NCBI GenBank assembly: GCA_029262515.1
Contig: JAJCZH010000018.1
Location: forward strand, 13,219-77,218
Source of the DNA: Deltaproteobacteria bacterium
Lineage (GTDB): Bacteria > Desulfobacterota > GWC2-55-46 > JADFVP01
Direction: 5' to 3'
Length of the DNA: 64,000 nt
Position 1 is the stretch's first letter. The number at the start of each line of letters is the position of its first letter. The notes beneath the pieces were generated by a model. The model searched no databases, had not been told where the DNA came from, and saw only the letters and a program-made list of their open reading frames with translations. Positions 47,744 through 58,404 of the stretch are shown piece by piece. The position numbers were made by a program, and so were the translations under genes.

Positions 47744-48885
47744 AGAAAACTTCTTTCAATTCCGTTCGGGGCTTTTTCGGTTCGGTGGCCGGTACTGCCT
47801 GCATTCTCGGCGTTACTCTATTCATGCTTACGGGGCCATCGGTCGTAATGGCCGATTCGGTAAATGTGCCGACGGATGAGGTGGGGCCGAACGAAGAGGT
47901 CTTCGTTTACACCATTGTAAAGGGAGATACTCTGTGGGATATTACGGATAAGTACCTTGAGGACCCGTTTAAGTGGCCGAGGGTCTGGAAGAATAACCCG
48001 TACATCAAGAACCCGCATCTTATTTATCCCGGTGATGTAGTCCGGGTGACCCCTGACGGCATAGAGATAATAAGCCGCAAGGTTAAGGAGCCGCGCGTTC
48101 CGGTTGATGTCGACGCTCTGCCTGTGCTTGCTCTTGAGGGTACCGCGCAGAAGGTTGTAAGGCTGGAGCCGGAACCGGTTCCGGTTCCGAGGGTTAAGGG
48201 ACCGACGGTCGGGTCAAACTTGATGAAGAGGCAGGGTTTTATCTCCGACGATCTCCTGGATGCCAGCGGTTCTATCATAAAATCGAAACTTGAGATGATG
48301 CTGATCGACGAGGGGGCGGAGGTTTTTGTTTCGCTCGCAGAGGGTAGTGAAGCGGCAATAGGTGAGCGTTACTCTGTTTACCGTACAGTCGACAAGGTGA
48401 CCCATCCCGTAACAGGCGCTGATGTCGGTTATATGGTTGATATCCTCGGTAGCCTCGTAATTACCCGTAGCTCCAAGGTCGTGGAGGCGCGTATTGATAA
48501 TTCCTTTAAGGAGATGGAGGCCGGTGTGCGGTTAATGCCGTATATAGAACCGGTTACCGAGGTTGAGCTTACGGAGTCGAGCGCTCCGGTTGACGGGGTA
48601 ATAGTGGCTGCCCTCGATTCGTCTACCAACTTTTCAAGCGGAGATATAGTCTATATAGATCGTGGCAGCCAGGATGGTCTTGGCGAGGGCAACGTACTCA
48701 GGGTCTTCAGGGACAGAGACGACGCGCTCGATCCGGTAACCAAAAAGAAGGTGAGCCTGCCGCCGATAAATCTCGGCACCATGGTGGTGCTGGATCCGGG
48801 TGAAACCGCATCTACGTGCCTTGTGTTGAACGGCCAGCGCGCAATGGTGGTTGGTGACAAGGTGAGCACAGTGCAGGCTGAATAG
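47740..48885 (+). CDS. LysM peptidoglycan-binding protein
   Basis: YTIVKGDTLWDI..DPFKWP..NPYIKNPHLIYPGD. Confidence 0.92.
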   Translation: MKKTSFNSVRGFFGSVAGTACILGVTLFMLTGPSVVMADSVNVPTDEVGPNEEVFVYTIVKGDTLWDITDKYLEDPFKWPRVWKNNPYIKNPHLIYPGDVVRVTPDGIEIISRKVKEPRVPVDVDALPVLALEGTAQKVVRLEPEPVPVPRVKGPTVGSNLMKRQGFISDDLLDASGSIIKSKLEMMLIDEGAEVFVSLAEGSEAAIGERYSVYRTVDKVTHPVTGADVGYMVDILGSLVITRSSKVVEARIDNSFKEMEAGVRLMPYIEPVTEVELTESSAPVDGVIVAALDSSTNFSSGDIVYIDRGSQDGLGEGNVLRVFRDRDDALDPVTKKKVSLPPINLGTMVVLDPGETASTCLVLNGQRAMVVGDKVSTVQAE

Positions 48886-48921
48886 GTCGGCACAGGGTAT
48901 ACGGCTCGAATATTTTTTGTA

Positions 48922-48961
48922 ATAGAAACGGGGACCGCCCTTGTACGGTCCCCGTTTCTAT
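48922..48961 (+). terminator. Terminator-like hairpin
   Basis: atagaaacggggaccg...cggtccccgtttctat 16-bp stem. Confidence 0.7.
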
Positions 48962-49014
48962 CTACTCTCTTTTTTGTACAATGGTATTGACTCGCGGCGT
49001 GCTCAGGGGGTCTG

Positions 49015-50316
49015 ATGGTTGAAGAGATGGAAAAGAGTGTCGAGCCCGAGTGTGGCTCCCGGCAGTGTGACCGGGTGGAGGCTTTTGAGGATGAGGGTGG
49101 AGACGGCCCTGAAACTCACGTACCCGTAGGCGAAGAGGAGCTTCGGGGGTGGTTGGCGCTCGGGGCCGTACGCGGTCTTTCTGGCCACGGCGCGGTCAGG
49201 CTCGTTAACAGGTATGGAACTCCTCAGTCGTTGATTGATGCCTGTCGGGCAGGTATCGTACCCGACGGGGTGAGGCCGAAGCTGGCCGCGGCAATAGGTG
49301 GTTACGACGACTGGAAGTGGGTGGATGCCGAGCTGGAGGCCGCGCACAAAGCTGAGGTTACGCTGCTCGCCTATTCAGACTACAGGTACCCTCAATTGCT
49401 GAAAGAGATTCCTGATCCGCCGCATCTGCTTTATCTGCGCGGTTCAGGGGTTGGCGCTCTCGGAGCGGCCTCGGTCGGCGTGGTAGGTACTCGACTTGCA
49501 ACAGGTTATGGCCGTAAAATCTCGGAGAGTATCGCGTTTGACCTTGCAGGACTCGGTATAGTTATTATCAGCGGAGGCGCGCGCGGTTGCGATAGCTCCG
49601 CGCACAGGGGAGCGTTAAAGGCTGGCGGGCCGACAATAGCCGTGCTCGGCACGGGAGTTGATATCGTGTACCCGAAAGAGCATGCCCGGCTGTATGAAGA
49701 GGTTATGCAGGGGGGGCTTCTCGTATCGGAATTTTCGATGTCGACACCGCCTGCGCAGTACAATTTTCCACGAAGAAACAGGATTATAAGCGGCCTTTCG
49801 CTCGGTGTGTTGATAGCCGAGGCACCGGTCAGGTCCGGGGCGTTAATGACGGCGCGCTTTGCCCTTGAGCAGAACAGAGAAGTCTTTGCTGTGCCGGGCT
49901 CCGTGGTTTCCGATCAGTCGAGGGGCGCCAACCGGCTCCTGAAGGAGGGTGCCGCGCTTGTTGAGTCTGCCGCCGATATAGTAGAGGTATTAAGTCTGCG
50001 CCTGGTCGGGTTTGAGGGTGTGCCGACTCAGCCTACGGCTCCTGTAAGAGAAGAAACAAGTGATAAAGCAAGAAGTAAAACCGGAGAAACAGAAACAGCA
50101 GGTGAGGCTGCTTCCAAGGAGCCCGAGGTTAATCTGTCTCTTAGCCCGGACGAAAGTCTGGTCTTCGGTTGTCTCGGCTCAGAGCCGGTACAGATCGATA
50201 CAATAATAGAGTCTAGCGGACTTGGTGCTGCCGGGGTATCGACAGTGTTGCTCGGACTTGAGCTTAGGGGGCTTGTCTCGCAGATGCCGGGCAAGTCTTT
50301 TGTAAAGAGATTCTAA
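49015..50316 (+). CDS. dprA: DNA-processing protein DprA
   Basis: YPQLLKEIPDPP, VVGTR, SGGARGCD..AH.GAL, FPRRNRIISGL, SGALMTA, C-terminal wHTH. Confidence 0.95.
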   Translation: MVEEMEKSVEPECGSRQCDRVEAFEDEGGDGPETHVPVGEEELRGWLALGAVRGLSGHGAVRLVNRYGTPQSLIDACRAGIVPDGVRPKLAAAIGGYDDWKWVDAELEAAHKAEVTLLAYSDYRYPQLLKEIPDPPHLLYLRGSGVGALGAASVGVVGTRLATGYGRKISESIAFDLAGLGIVIISGGARGCDSSAHRGALKAGGPTIAVLGTGVDIVYPKEHARLYEEVMQGGLLVSEFSMSTPPAQYNFPRRNRIISGLSLGVLIAEAPVRSGALMTARFALEQNREVFAVPGSVVSDQSRGANRLLKEGAALVESAADIVEVLSLRLVGFEGVPTQPTAPVREETSDKARSKTGETETAGEAASKEPEVNLSLSPDESLVFGCLGSEPVQIDTIIESSGLGAAGVSTVLLGLELRGLVSQMPGKSFVKRF

Positions 50317-50354
50317 GTCATGGGAATAGATTATTAAGGAGCGTTTATAAAGCT

Positions 50355-52544
50355 ATGGGTAAGTCACTGGTAATAGTCGAGTCACCTGCAAAGGCGAAGA
50401 CTATAAATAAATTTCTCGGTAGAGATTTTATCGTCATGGCCTCGGTAGGCCACGTAAAGGACCTTCCCAAGTCGAAACTCGGGGTTGATGTCGAAAAGGG
50501 CTTTGAGCCGCAGTATGTCAAGATAAAGGGTAAGGCCAAGACAATTAATGAACTGAAGAAGGCTGGAAAGAAGGCTGACAAGATCTATCTCGCTCCTGAC
50601 CCGGATCGCGAAGGCGAGGCGATTGCGTGGCATATAGCCGATGAGGTTGATAAAGAGGGTACCAAGACGAGCCGCGTTCTCTTTAACGAGATAACCGAGA
50701 AGGCGGTAAAGGCCGCAATAAAAGAGCCGATCGAACTCGACAGGAACAAGTACGAGGCACAGCAGGCCCGCCGCATACTCGACCGCCTGGTCGGTTACCA
50801 GGTGAGCCCAATTCTTTGGGACAAGGTGCGCAGGGGGTTGAGTGCCGGCCGGGTGCAGAGCGTGGCCGTACGCCTTATCTGCGACAGGGAGCGGGCGATA
50901 GACGCCTTCAAGCCGAAGGAGTACTGGAGCATTACGGCAGAGCTTGAGACACCGGAGAAGAAGTCCTTTAGTGCGAAGCTCGCAAAGTTGGAGGGCAAGA
51001 AGCTAGATATCTCAAACGAGGCCGAGTCTACAAAGATACTCTCGGACCTTAAGGGCGCCGACTTTATTATTACAGACGTTACCGCCCGCGAGGTTAAGAG
51101 AAGACCTGCTGCGCCGTTTACGACCTCGAAGCTCCAGATGGACGCCTCGAGAAAGCTCGGTTTCTCCGCAAAGAAGACTATGATGGTCGCCCAGCAGCTC
51201 TATGAGGGAATCGACCTCGGCTCCGAGGGCCCCATAGGGCTAATAACCTACATGAGAACCGACTCGACCCGCCTGTCCGATGAGGCGGTGGCAGAGGCGA
51301 GAGAGTTTATAAAAGAGACGTACGGTGCAGAGTTCCTGCCGGCAAAACCGGTAGAGTACAAGAGCAAGAAGAAGGCGCAGGACGCTCACGAGGCGATACG
51401 GCCGACCTACGTACGGTACCCGCCGGAGAGCATAAAGGCCAAACTTACGAAGGATCAGTTGAGGCTCTACACCCTTATCTGGAACCGTTTTATCGCCTGC
51501 CAGATGACCCCTGCTATCTTCGACCAGACACGTGCCCAGATAATTGCGGGCAAGTATCTCTTCACCGCTGCCGGCAGTGTTTTAAAGTTTGCCGGTTTTA
51601 TGGTTATCTATACCGAGGGCAAGGAGAAAGAGGAAGAGGAGGCGCAGGAACAAAAAGATGGTGCGGACGTGACATTGCCGAAGCTCGAAAAGGATGCGAG
51701 ACTCGACCTGAAGAAGCTCTCTCCATTGCAGCACTTCACCCAGCCGCCGCCGCGTTTTACCGAAGCCTCACTGGTAAAGGAGCTTGAAGAGAACGGCATT
51801 GGACGCCCGTCCACCTATGCGGCTATTCTCTCTACTGTACAGGACAGGGGTTATGTCGAAAAAGAGCAGAGACAGTTAAAGCCGACCGAGCTCGGTGTGT
51901 TGGTAACCGACATGCTGGTGGAAAACTTTCCTGAAATTCTTAATGTCGAGTTTACGGCGCATATGGAGGAGGAACTCGACAAGGTTGAAGACGGAAGTGT
52001 CGAGTGGCGCAAGGTAATGGGCGAGTTTTATGGGCCTTTCAAAGAGAGTGTAGTAAAGGCCAGCAAGGAGATGAAGAACATGAAAGCGGAAGAGACCCCT
52101 ACGGATCTCGTCTGCGAGAAGTGTTCCAGGCCGATGGTAATAAAATGGGGAAGGCTCGGTAAGTTTCTCGCCTGCTCCGGTTACCCGGAGTGTAAGAGCA
52201 CGACCGATTTTACGACCGACGAGTCCGGCAAGGTCACGCCTGTTGAGACTAAAGTGGAGTCGGACGAGAAGTGCCCAAAGTGCTCGGCGCCCATGATTAT
52301 CAAGTCAGGCCGCTTTGGTCGTTTTCTCGCCTGCACAAGGTACCCGGACTGCAAGTCTACCAAAGCGATCTCTACAAGCGTCCCGTGCGGCGAAGAGGGC
52401 TGCGACGGAAAGCTGGTCGAGAGAAGGACAAAGAAGGGCAGAGTTTTTTACGGTTGCTCCAACTATCCTAAGTGCGAGTATGCCGTCTGGAAGCTGCCGG
52501 AGCAGGACAAAGAGGGCAAGGATAAGAAGAAGGAGAAGGCCTAG
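50355..52544 (+). CDS. topA: DNA topoisomerase I
   Basis: LVIVESPAK, DPDREGE, SAGRVQS, ITYMRTDS, GRPSTY, C-terminal Zn ribbons. Confidence 0.98.
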   Translation: MGKSLVIVESPAKAKTINKFLGRDFIVMASVGHVKDLPKSKLGVDVEKGFEPQYVKIKGKAKTINELKKAGKKADKIYLAPDPDREGEAIAWHIADEVDKEGTKTSRVLFNEITEKAVKAAIKEPIELDRNKYEAQQARRILDRLVGYQVSPILWDKVRRGLSAGRVQSVAVRLICDRERAIDAFKPKEYWSITAELETPEKKSFSAKLAKLEGKKLDISNEAESTKILSDLKGADFIITDVTAREVKRRPAAPFTTSKLQMDASRKLGFSAKKTMMVAQQLYEGIDLGSEGPIGLITYMRTDSTRLSDEAVAEAREFIKETYGAEFLPAKPVEYKSKKKAQDAHEAIRPTYVRYPPESIKAKLTKDQLRLYTLIWNRFIACQMTPAIFDQTRAQIIAGKYLFTAAGSVLKFAGFMVIYTEGKEKEEEEAQEQKDGADVTLPKLEKDARLDLKKLSPLQHFTQPPPRFTEASLVKELEENGIGRPSTYAAILSTVQDRGYVEKEQRQLKPTELGVLVTDMLVENFPEILNVEFTAHMEEELDKVEDGSVEWRKVMGEFYGPFKESVVKASKEMKNMKAEETPTDLVCEKCSRPMVIKWGRLGKFLACSGYPECKSTTDFTTDESGKVTPVETKVESDEKCPKCSAPMIIKSGRFGRFLACTRYPDCKSTKAISTSVPCGEEGCDGKLVERRTKKGRVFYGCSNYPKCEYAVWKLPEQDKEGKDKKKEKA

Positions 52545-52764
52545 ATTCAGCACTTTTTTTTGTTGTCCTTGCGGGCAAAAAGAACCTTCTCTACCAGGCT
52601 TTACCCGGTAGAACGAACGGAGAAAGAGGCTCGGCATTTCTAAAGAATGCCAAAAGAGTATAACACCGTCCCTGCCGGTTACTACGCCTTTCAGGCGGAC
52701 ACCAATTTCATTGCCGCTTTTTTCAGCCTAAAAAATACTTGAAAAATCACGTCTATATTGGCTG

Positions 52765-53598
52765 CTAAAGTTTCGCTCCGCAATGGTGGCAGAACTTCGC
52801 GTTCATCTCATGCCCTTCGGCGCTGCATTCGTGGCACGCGCGCGTAGTCATATTCTCGCCCCGTATTGCATATGATATCTCAGCCGTTACTATGCCTGTC
52901 GGCACAGCTATAATGGCGTAACCGGTTATCATTATTACAGATGCAAGTACCTTGCCTATAGGCGTATGCGGAGCTATGTCTCCGTAGCCGACCGTCGTAA
53001 GCGTGACAATGGCCCAGTAGACTGCGATAGGGATTGATGTGAAGCCGTGTTCAGGGCCTTCGATCATGTACATCATGGAGCCGAGAACGGTGACTAGGGT
53101 TAATACCGTAAAGAGAAAGATTGTGATCTTCCTGCGCGAGGCCCGAAGCGCCATGGAGAGCACGTGCGCCTCTCCGACGTACTGGATGAACTTGAGCACG
53201 CGAAAGATTCTGAGCACCCTGAGTACCCTGATTACGAGCAGGTACTGGCTGCCGAGCAGTATCAGGCTCAGGTAGGTAGGTATAATGGCGAGCAGGTCTA
53301 CTATGCCGAAGAAGCTCAGTATATACTTTGTTGGTTTGCCGACACAGATTATTCTAAGAAGGTACTCGATGGTAAAGAGGATCGTGAAGAACCATTCTAT
53401 TGTGTAGAGGGTGGCGTGGTGGGTGGCGTGTATGGAGGTCACGCTGTCGAGCATGACGGCGAGAACGCTAAGGAGAATGCCGGTGAGCAGCAGTACGTCG
53501 AAGGCCCAGCCAGAGGGCGTGTCGGCCTCGAAAATCAATTCGTGCAGGAATATCTGCCACCTGCCGTACCTCAGATGTGTTTTGTCGACTCCTGGCAT
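52765..53598 (-). CDS. Ion transporter / voltage-gated K+ channel-like protein
   Basis: S4 RVLRVLRIFRVLK, TLTTVGYGD, C-terminal CxxC..CxxC. Confidence 0.93.
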   Translation of the reverse strand: MPGVDKTHLRYGRWQIFLHELIFEADTPSGWAFDVLLLTGILLSVLAVMLDSVTSIHATHHATLYTIEWFFTILFTIEYLLRIICVGKPTKYILSFFGIVDLLAIIPTYLSLILLGSQYLLVIRVLRVLRIFRVLKFIQYVGEAHVLSMALRASRRKITIFLFTVLTLVTVLGSMMYMIEGPEHGFTSIPIAVYWAIVTLTTVGYGDIAPHTPIGKVLASVIMITGYAIIAVPTGIVTAEISYAIRGENMTTRACHECSAEGHEMNAKFCHHCGAKL

Positions 53599-53727
53599 GG
53601 CTCTCTACTTATTACAGGCCTGTTGATACTGTTATGACTGAGTATTCGACATAAATATACAATACTTTAGCGCAGGCTGTAAAGCCAACTCTCGGTTCTT
53701 TCTTTTCGGGCGGGGCCGGGTAGCCGC

Positions 53728-54231
53728 TTATTCTCTCGGGGAGTGCCTGCCGGAAGAAAGACCGGAAGGGAAGAACGAGAGGTAGAGCATGACAATAACG
53801 CCGGTGGTGATAGCCGAGTCAGCTATATTGAAGGCTGGCCAGTGGAGAGTGCCGATATGGAAATCGAGAAAGTCCACGACCGATCCGTACCGGATCCTGT
53901 CTATCAGGTTGCCGATCGCCCCGCCAGCTATTAAAGAGAGGGCCAGGGCGTTTCTTCCGTCACTGCTGCGCCGGATAAGCACTGCGATTATGATGAGCGC
54001 TACTAAAGAGACGATGGTCAGGAAGGTGGTGCGTCCGCTGCCGCCGCTGGAGAAGATACCGAAGGCCGCACCGGTATTCTTGTAGTAGACGATATTGAAG
54101 AGCCCAGGCAGAATCGTATGCGCCTCGCCCCAGGCGAGGCGTCCGGTAATAAGGGCCTTGGTCACTTGATCCGCGATTACGACACACAGGGTGACAGCAA
54201 TCGAAAGCAGTATCTTCTTCTCGTCTTTCAT
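53728..54231 (-). CDS. lspA: Lipoprotein signal peptidase II
   Basis: DQVTK, NTGAAFG, GAIGNLIDR, VVDF, FNIADS. Confidence 0.97.
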   Translation of the reverse strand: MKDEKKILLSIAVTLCVVIADQVTKALITGRLAWGEAHTILPGLFNIVYYKNTGAAFGIFSSGGSGRTTFLTIVSLVALIIIAVLIRRSSDGRNALALSLIAGGAIGNLIDRIRYGSVVDFLDFHIGTLHWPAFNIADSAITTGVIVMLYLSFFPSGLSSGRHSPRE

Positions 54232-54263
54232 AAAAAGAGGTGCTACCTTTTATCCGAATAGAT

Positions 54264-57116
54264 CTACGCCAGCGCCTCAACGCACCTGTCACAGATGGTG
54301 GCGTGCCCGGTCTGGGTTCCAACCGACTCGCTGTAGTGCCAGCACCGCTCGCATTTACCGCCCGGCGCCTTTGTTACCGTGACCTTCAGGCCTGGGATTT
54401 CTTCCGATACAAAACTGAAGCTTGCTTCAGTTTCCTTAGGCGCCTCTGTCCCGTCCGTCACGCAAAGACCCGAGACGATAAGAACCGAGACGAGCAACGC
54501 CTCTACCTCTTTGAGCTTTTCGGTATCGGCTTCACCGGGTACAACACTGACAAACGCATCGAGCGGGTGCCCGATGATCTTCTCTACCCTCGCACCTTCG
54601 AGCGCTTTGGATATCTCGTCTTTAAAGGCCGATAGGCCCCGCCATTTCTCGTCGAGTTCATTATTAACCCAATCGGCATTGACCGTTGGCATGGCCGCAA
54701 GGTGAACACTCGCCTCTCTCTTACCCGGTAAGAAGGCCCACGCCTCTTCGGTGGTAAAGACTAGCACAGGGGCCAGGAGCCTGACCAGTGAATCGAGTAC
54801 GTAGTAGATCGTAGTCTGCGCGGCGCGGCGAGACTTTCCTTTCGTACCAGACGTATAGAGCCTGTCTTTTAAGATATCGAGGTAAAAAGCGCTCAAGTCC
54901 ACGGTGCAGAAGTTGTGCACCGTATGGTAGATAGTATGGAACTCGAATTTTTCATATGCCGAGAGCACCTTTTCGGTTATACCGTTCAGCCTGTGCAGCG
55001 TCAGTCGGTCGAGTTCTTCGAGCTCGTTGAATTGTACGCTGTCGGTCTCCGGGTTAAAGTCGCTGATATTCCCTAAAATGTACCTGAAGGTATTTCGGAT
55101 TCTGCGGTACGCCTCGGAGAGTCTCTTGAGTATCTCTTCGGAGACGCGGATGTCGTCGCGGTAATCCTCAGCCGCTACCCAGAGGCGAAGGACCTCTACG
55201 CCGTACTTCTCTATAATCTGCTCCGGGGCGATTACATTACCGTCGGACTTGCTCATCTTGCGCCCCTTGCCGTCTACCACAAAGCCGTGCGTGAGAACGC
55301 TCTTGTATGGTGGGACCTTTCTGGTTGCTATCGACGCGAGAATAGACGAGTGGAACCAGCCCCTGTGCTGGTCGCTGCCTTCCAAGTAGAGGTCCGCCGG
55401 GTTCGAGAGGTTCTCTCTTCTTTCGAGCACCGCCGAGAAGCTAACGCCGGAGTCGAACCAGACGTCTAAGATATCCTCTTCGCGCTCGAACTCGGTACCG
55501 TTGCACTCCGGGCATTTCAAACCTTCTGGCAGCAGCTCTTCAAGCGGACGCTCGAACCAGATGTCTGCCCCCGACTCTTCGAACCTTTTGCCGAGCGAGT
55601 TGATAAGGCCTTTATCGAGAAAGGCATTTGAGCAGCCGGAGCAGATGAGCGCAGGGATCGGCACGCCCCAGACCCTCTGGCGCGAGAGACACCAGTCGGG
55701 CCTCTTCTCAATCATGCCATAGATCCGTTCCTTGCCCCAGCCTGGAACCCACTCAACCTCTTCGCTGATCGCTTTGAGAGCCCTCTCGCGAAGCCTGCTG
55801 TCGTCGTCCATCGCAACGAACCACTGCGCGGTCGCGCGGAAGATCACCGGCTTTTTACAGCGCCAGCAGTGCGGGTAAGAGTGAGAGACCTCTTCTGTTT
55901 TTATGAGCATGCCCTTCTCTTCGAGCAGCTCTATAATTCCATTGTTTGCCTTGAAGACGAATTGCCCCTCGAACTCGGGTACGTCGGAGGTGAAGAGGCC
56001 GTTGTTGTCGACCGGGGCGTAGACTTCGAGTCCGTGTTTGAGTCCTACCTCGTAGTCGTCCTGGCCGTGGCCCGGAGCGATATGCACGCATCCGGTACCG
56101 GCTTCAGTCGTAACGAAGTTTGCGGTCCTGACTACTGACTCTCTCGCAACGAACGGGTGCTTGCAGACGATGCCTTCCAAGAGACTGCCGGGTGCGCTGT
56201 TTACGATAGAGTAATTTTCGATGCCGAATTTATCCATCGTGCTCTCGACAAGATCGGTGGCTAGTACCCATATCTCTTCATGGCCGTGCAGTGTTATGCG
56301 AACGGTGCTGTACGAAACGTCGGGGTGGACCGCTATCGCGAGGTTTGCCGGAAGTGTCCACGGCGTGGTCGTCCAGATGATAACGCTGATCGGTATATCC
56401 TCTGCCCCGAGGAAAGCGGCGGTCTTTACGCCGTCCTCCATGATCGCTTTTGAGAATTCGATGGAGACGGCCTCGAAACGGACGTAGACCGACGGTGAGG
56501 TCTTTTCCGCATGCTCGACCTCGGCCTCGGCCAGCGCAGTTGAGCAGGACGAGCACCAGTGGACCGGTTTCTTGCCTTTGTAAACGAGTCCTTCTTCGAC
56601 AAACCTGCCGAGTTCAGAGAGTATCGCGGCCTGATAGCCGTAATTCATCGTAAGGTACGGGTTCTCCCACTCGCCGAAGATGCCGAGCCGTTTGAACTCG
56701 TCTCTCTGGATCGAGACGAACTTGTTAGCGTATTCGCGGCACGCTTTGCGGACCGCGGTCTTGCCAAGCTCCTTCTTCTTCTCCTTGAACTTCTTCTCGA
56801 CCTGCAGTTCTATCGGCAGGCCGTGGCAGTCCCAGCCCGGCACGTACTCGGCGCTAAAGCCGCTCATTGTGCGCGACTTGACCACAATGTCCTTAAGCGT
56901 CTTGTTGAGCGCATGGCCGAGATGGATATGGCCGTTGGCGTACGGGGGGCCGTCGTGCAGTATGTACTTCGGCCTGTCTTTTCCGGCCTCTTTTATCTTG
57001 TCGTAGAGTCCCGCTTCTTCCCACTTCTTCAGCATCTCAGGCTCTTTCTGGCTAAGCCGGGCCTTCATCTGAAAGTCGGTCTGCGGCAGGTTCAACGTCT
57101 CTTTATAGTCAGTCAC
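54264..57116 (-). CDS. ileS: Isoleucine--tRNA ligase (type 1)
   Basis: [46 protein letters not shown]. Confidence 0.98.
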   Translation of the reverse strand: MTDYKETLNLPQTDFQMKARLSQKEPEMLKKWEEAGLYDKIKEAGKDRPKYILHDGPPYANGHIHLGHALNKTLKDIVVKSRTMSGFSAEYVPGWDCHGLPIELQVEKKFKEKKKELGKTAVRKACREYANKFVSIQRDEFKRLGIFGEWENPYLTMNYGYQAAILSELGRFVEEGLVYKGKKPVHWCSSCSTALAEAEVEHAEKTSPSVYVRFEAVSIEFSKAIMEDGVKTAAFLGAEDIPISVIIWTTTPWTLPANLAIAVHPDVSYSTVRITLHGHEEIWVLATDLVESTMDKFGIENYSIVNSAPGSLLEGIVCKHPFVARESVVRTANFVTTEAGTGCVHIAPGHGQDDYEVGLKHGLEVYAPVDNNGLFTSDVPEFEGQFVFKANNGIIELLEEKGMLIKTEEVSHSYPHCWRCKKPVIFRATAQWFVAMDDDSRLRERALKAISEEVEWVPGWGKERIYGMIEKRPDWCLSRQRVWGVPIPALICSGCSNAFLDKGLINSLGKRFEESGADIWFERPLEELLPEGLKCPECNGTEFEREEDILDVWFDSGVSFSAVLERRENLSNPADLYLEGSDQHRGWFHSSILASIATRKVPPYKSVLTHGFVVDGKGRKMSKSDGNVIAPEQIIEKYGVEVLRLWVAAEDYRDDIRVSEEILKRLSEAYRRIRNTFRYILGNISDFNPETDSVQFNELEELDRLTLHRLNGITEKVLSAYEKFEFHTIYHTVHNFCTVDLSAFYLDILKDRLYTSGTKGKSRRAAQTTIYYVLDSLVRLLAPVLVFTTEEAWAFLPGKREASVHLAAMPTVNADWVNNELDEKWRGLSAFKDEISKALEGARVEKIIGHPLDAFVSVVPGEADTEKLKEVEALLVSVLIVSGLCVTDGTEAPKETEASFSFVSEEIPGLKVTVTKAPGGKCERCWHYSESVGTQTGHATICDRCVEALA

Positions 57117-57362
57117 TTTACAGGTGCTCCTCGATTATTTTTTTGATTTCTACACGGTTACGGAATCATATTTTGTACCACAAGGGTCAGGTTATTTGAA
57201 CCTTTTTCTTGGTAGTCAGGTTTGAAGTAGCGGCTTGTCATAAAGAGAAGCCGCAGTGTATACTAATATCGTATAGACGAACTCGGCGCTGTAACTGGGG
57301 GCTGGAGGCTATATTTGTCAACAGTCAATCACATCGGGGAATGAAAGGGAGATCCTACTTAT

Positions 57363-58145
57363 ATGTGTACAGTGTATAAAGGTGTTGCTGAATATTCAGT
57401 AACCATAGACGGTGTTGAGTTGAAAGAGCCTATTGAAAGGGAGCCAAATGTGTTCGGAATAGAGCATCCGTATATAGAGAAAGTGATACTGGAAGCAAGA
57501 AAGGATAAGCTTGTTTTAAAGTTTCATACAATTAATGCTGAGACTGCTGAAGAAGCCTATAATATTACAAAAGAATATGCAGAAAATATTTTCGGCAAAA
57601 TAGCTTATGTCTTAAACCTTTCTGTAGGACCTACTTCTTTTGACGGTGCTCCAATATCAGAAGAAGTTCATAAAAAAGATGGTACAAAATCGGTAAGAAT
57701 GATGGTAGGGGCAGTATCTGCAACATTTGGGGTGAGTGCAGTTTTAACGGTGATGCTTGGGCCAGATAAAATAGGTAAACTTTTAAATGAATTTCAAAAT
57801 GAAAGGCCTAAACGAGGCTATTATTGCAACTGTTATAGATTTGCTCTTGCAATAACAGATCCTGTTGCGCGCTTTATAATGCTTTACGGTATAATGCTTA
57901 TATTGATAAGGTGCAAGCAAGCGGATGTAGATGGTTTTATTCGTAGTATTGATACCAGTGTTACTGAAAGGGAAAGCCGAGCACCTTGGAAAAAATGTGT
58001 GATGGAAACTATTTACACCTCTCTTAGAAATGAAATTGGTCACCCTCCCAAAGACAAAAAGCCGGAGGAGACATTTAGTGAAATAGGAGTGGTCGTAGAT
58101 AGTCTTGCAGCGCTGGTTAGAAAGGCTATTCAGGACAAAACATAA
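57363..58145 (+). CDS. AT-rich orphan protein with HEPN-like RxxxxH motif
   Basis: 260-aa ORF; helical C-terminus containing LRNEIGH; composition differs from neighbours. Confidence 0.6.
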   Translation: MCTVYKGVAEYSVTIDGVELKEPIEREPNVFGIEHPYIEKVILEARKDKLVLKFHTINAETAEEAYNITKEYAENIFGKIAYVLNLSVGPTSFDGAPISEEVHKKDGTKSVRMMVGAVSATFGVSAVLTVMLGPDKIGKLLNEFQNERPKRGYYCNCYRFALAITDPVARFIMLYGIMLILIRCKQADVDGFIRSIDTSVTERESRAPWKKCVMETIYTSLRNEIGHPPKDKKPEETFSEIGVVVDSLAALVRKAIQDKT

Positions 58146-58169
58146 AGGTAGGTTGCCCCTTTTAGCCAT

Positions 58170-58189
58170 GTTGGGTGGCTGTGCCCACC
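58170..58189 (+). repeat. REP-like motif, copy 2
   Basis: gttgggtggctgtgcccacc; 17/20 identical to 15423-15442. Confidence 0.5.
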
Positions 58190-58404
58190 ATCCCTCCTGT
58201 TCGTACAACCCACATTAACCCCGATTGACCCCAACACTCACGGCCTCAAATTTTTCCATCTGTTAATCAACAAGGACCCGTCTCTTTTTCTTTTGCCGTT
58301 ACTGTAACGGAGTTGTTGTTCTCTGTCTTAAAGAGCCCGCCCGCTATTTATCTATTTCCCTTTTCGTGTTATATTAAAAGATTGAACTCTTCCGTTCAAA
58401 GCGT

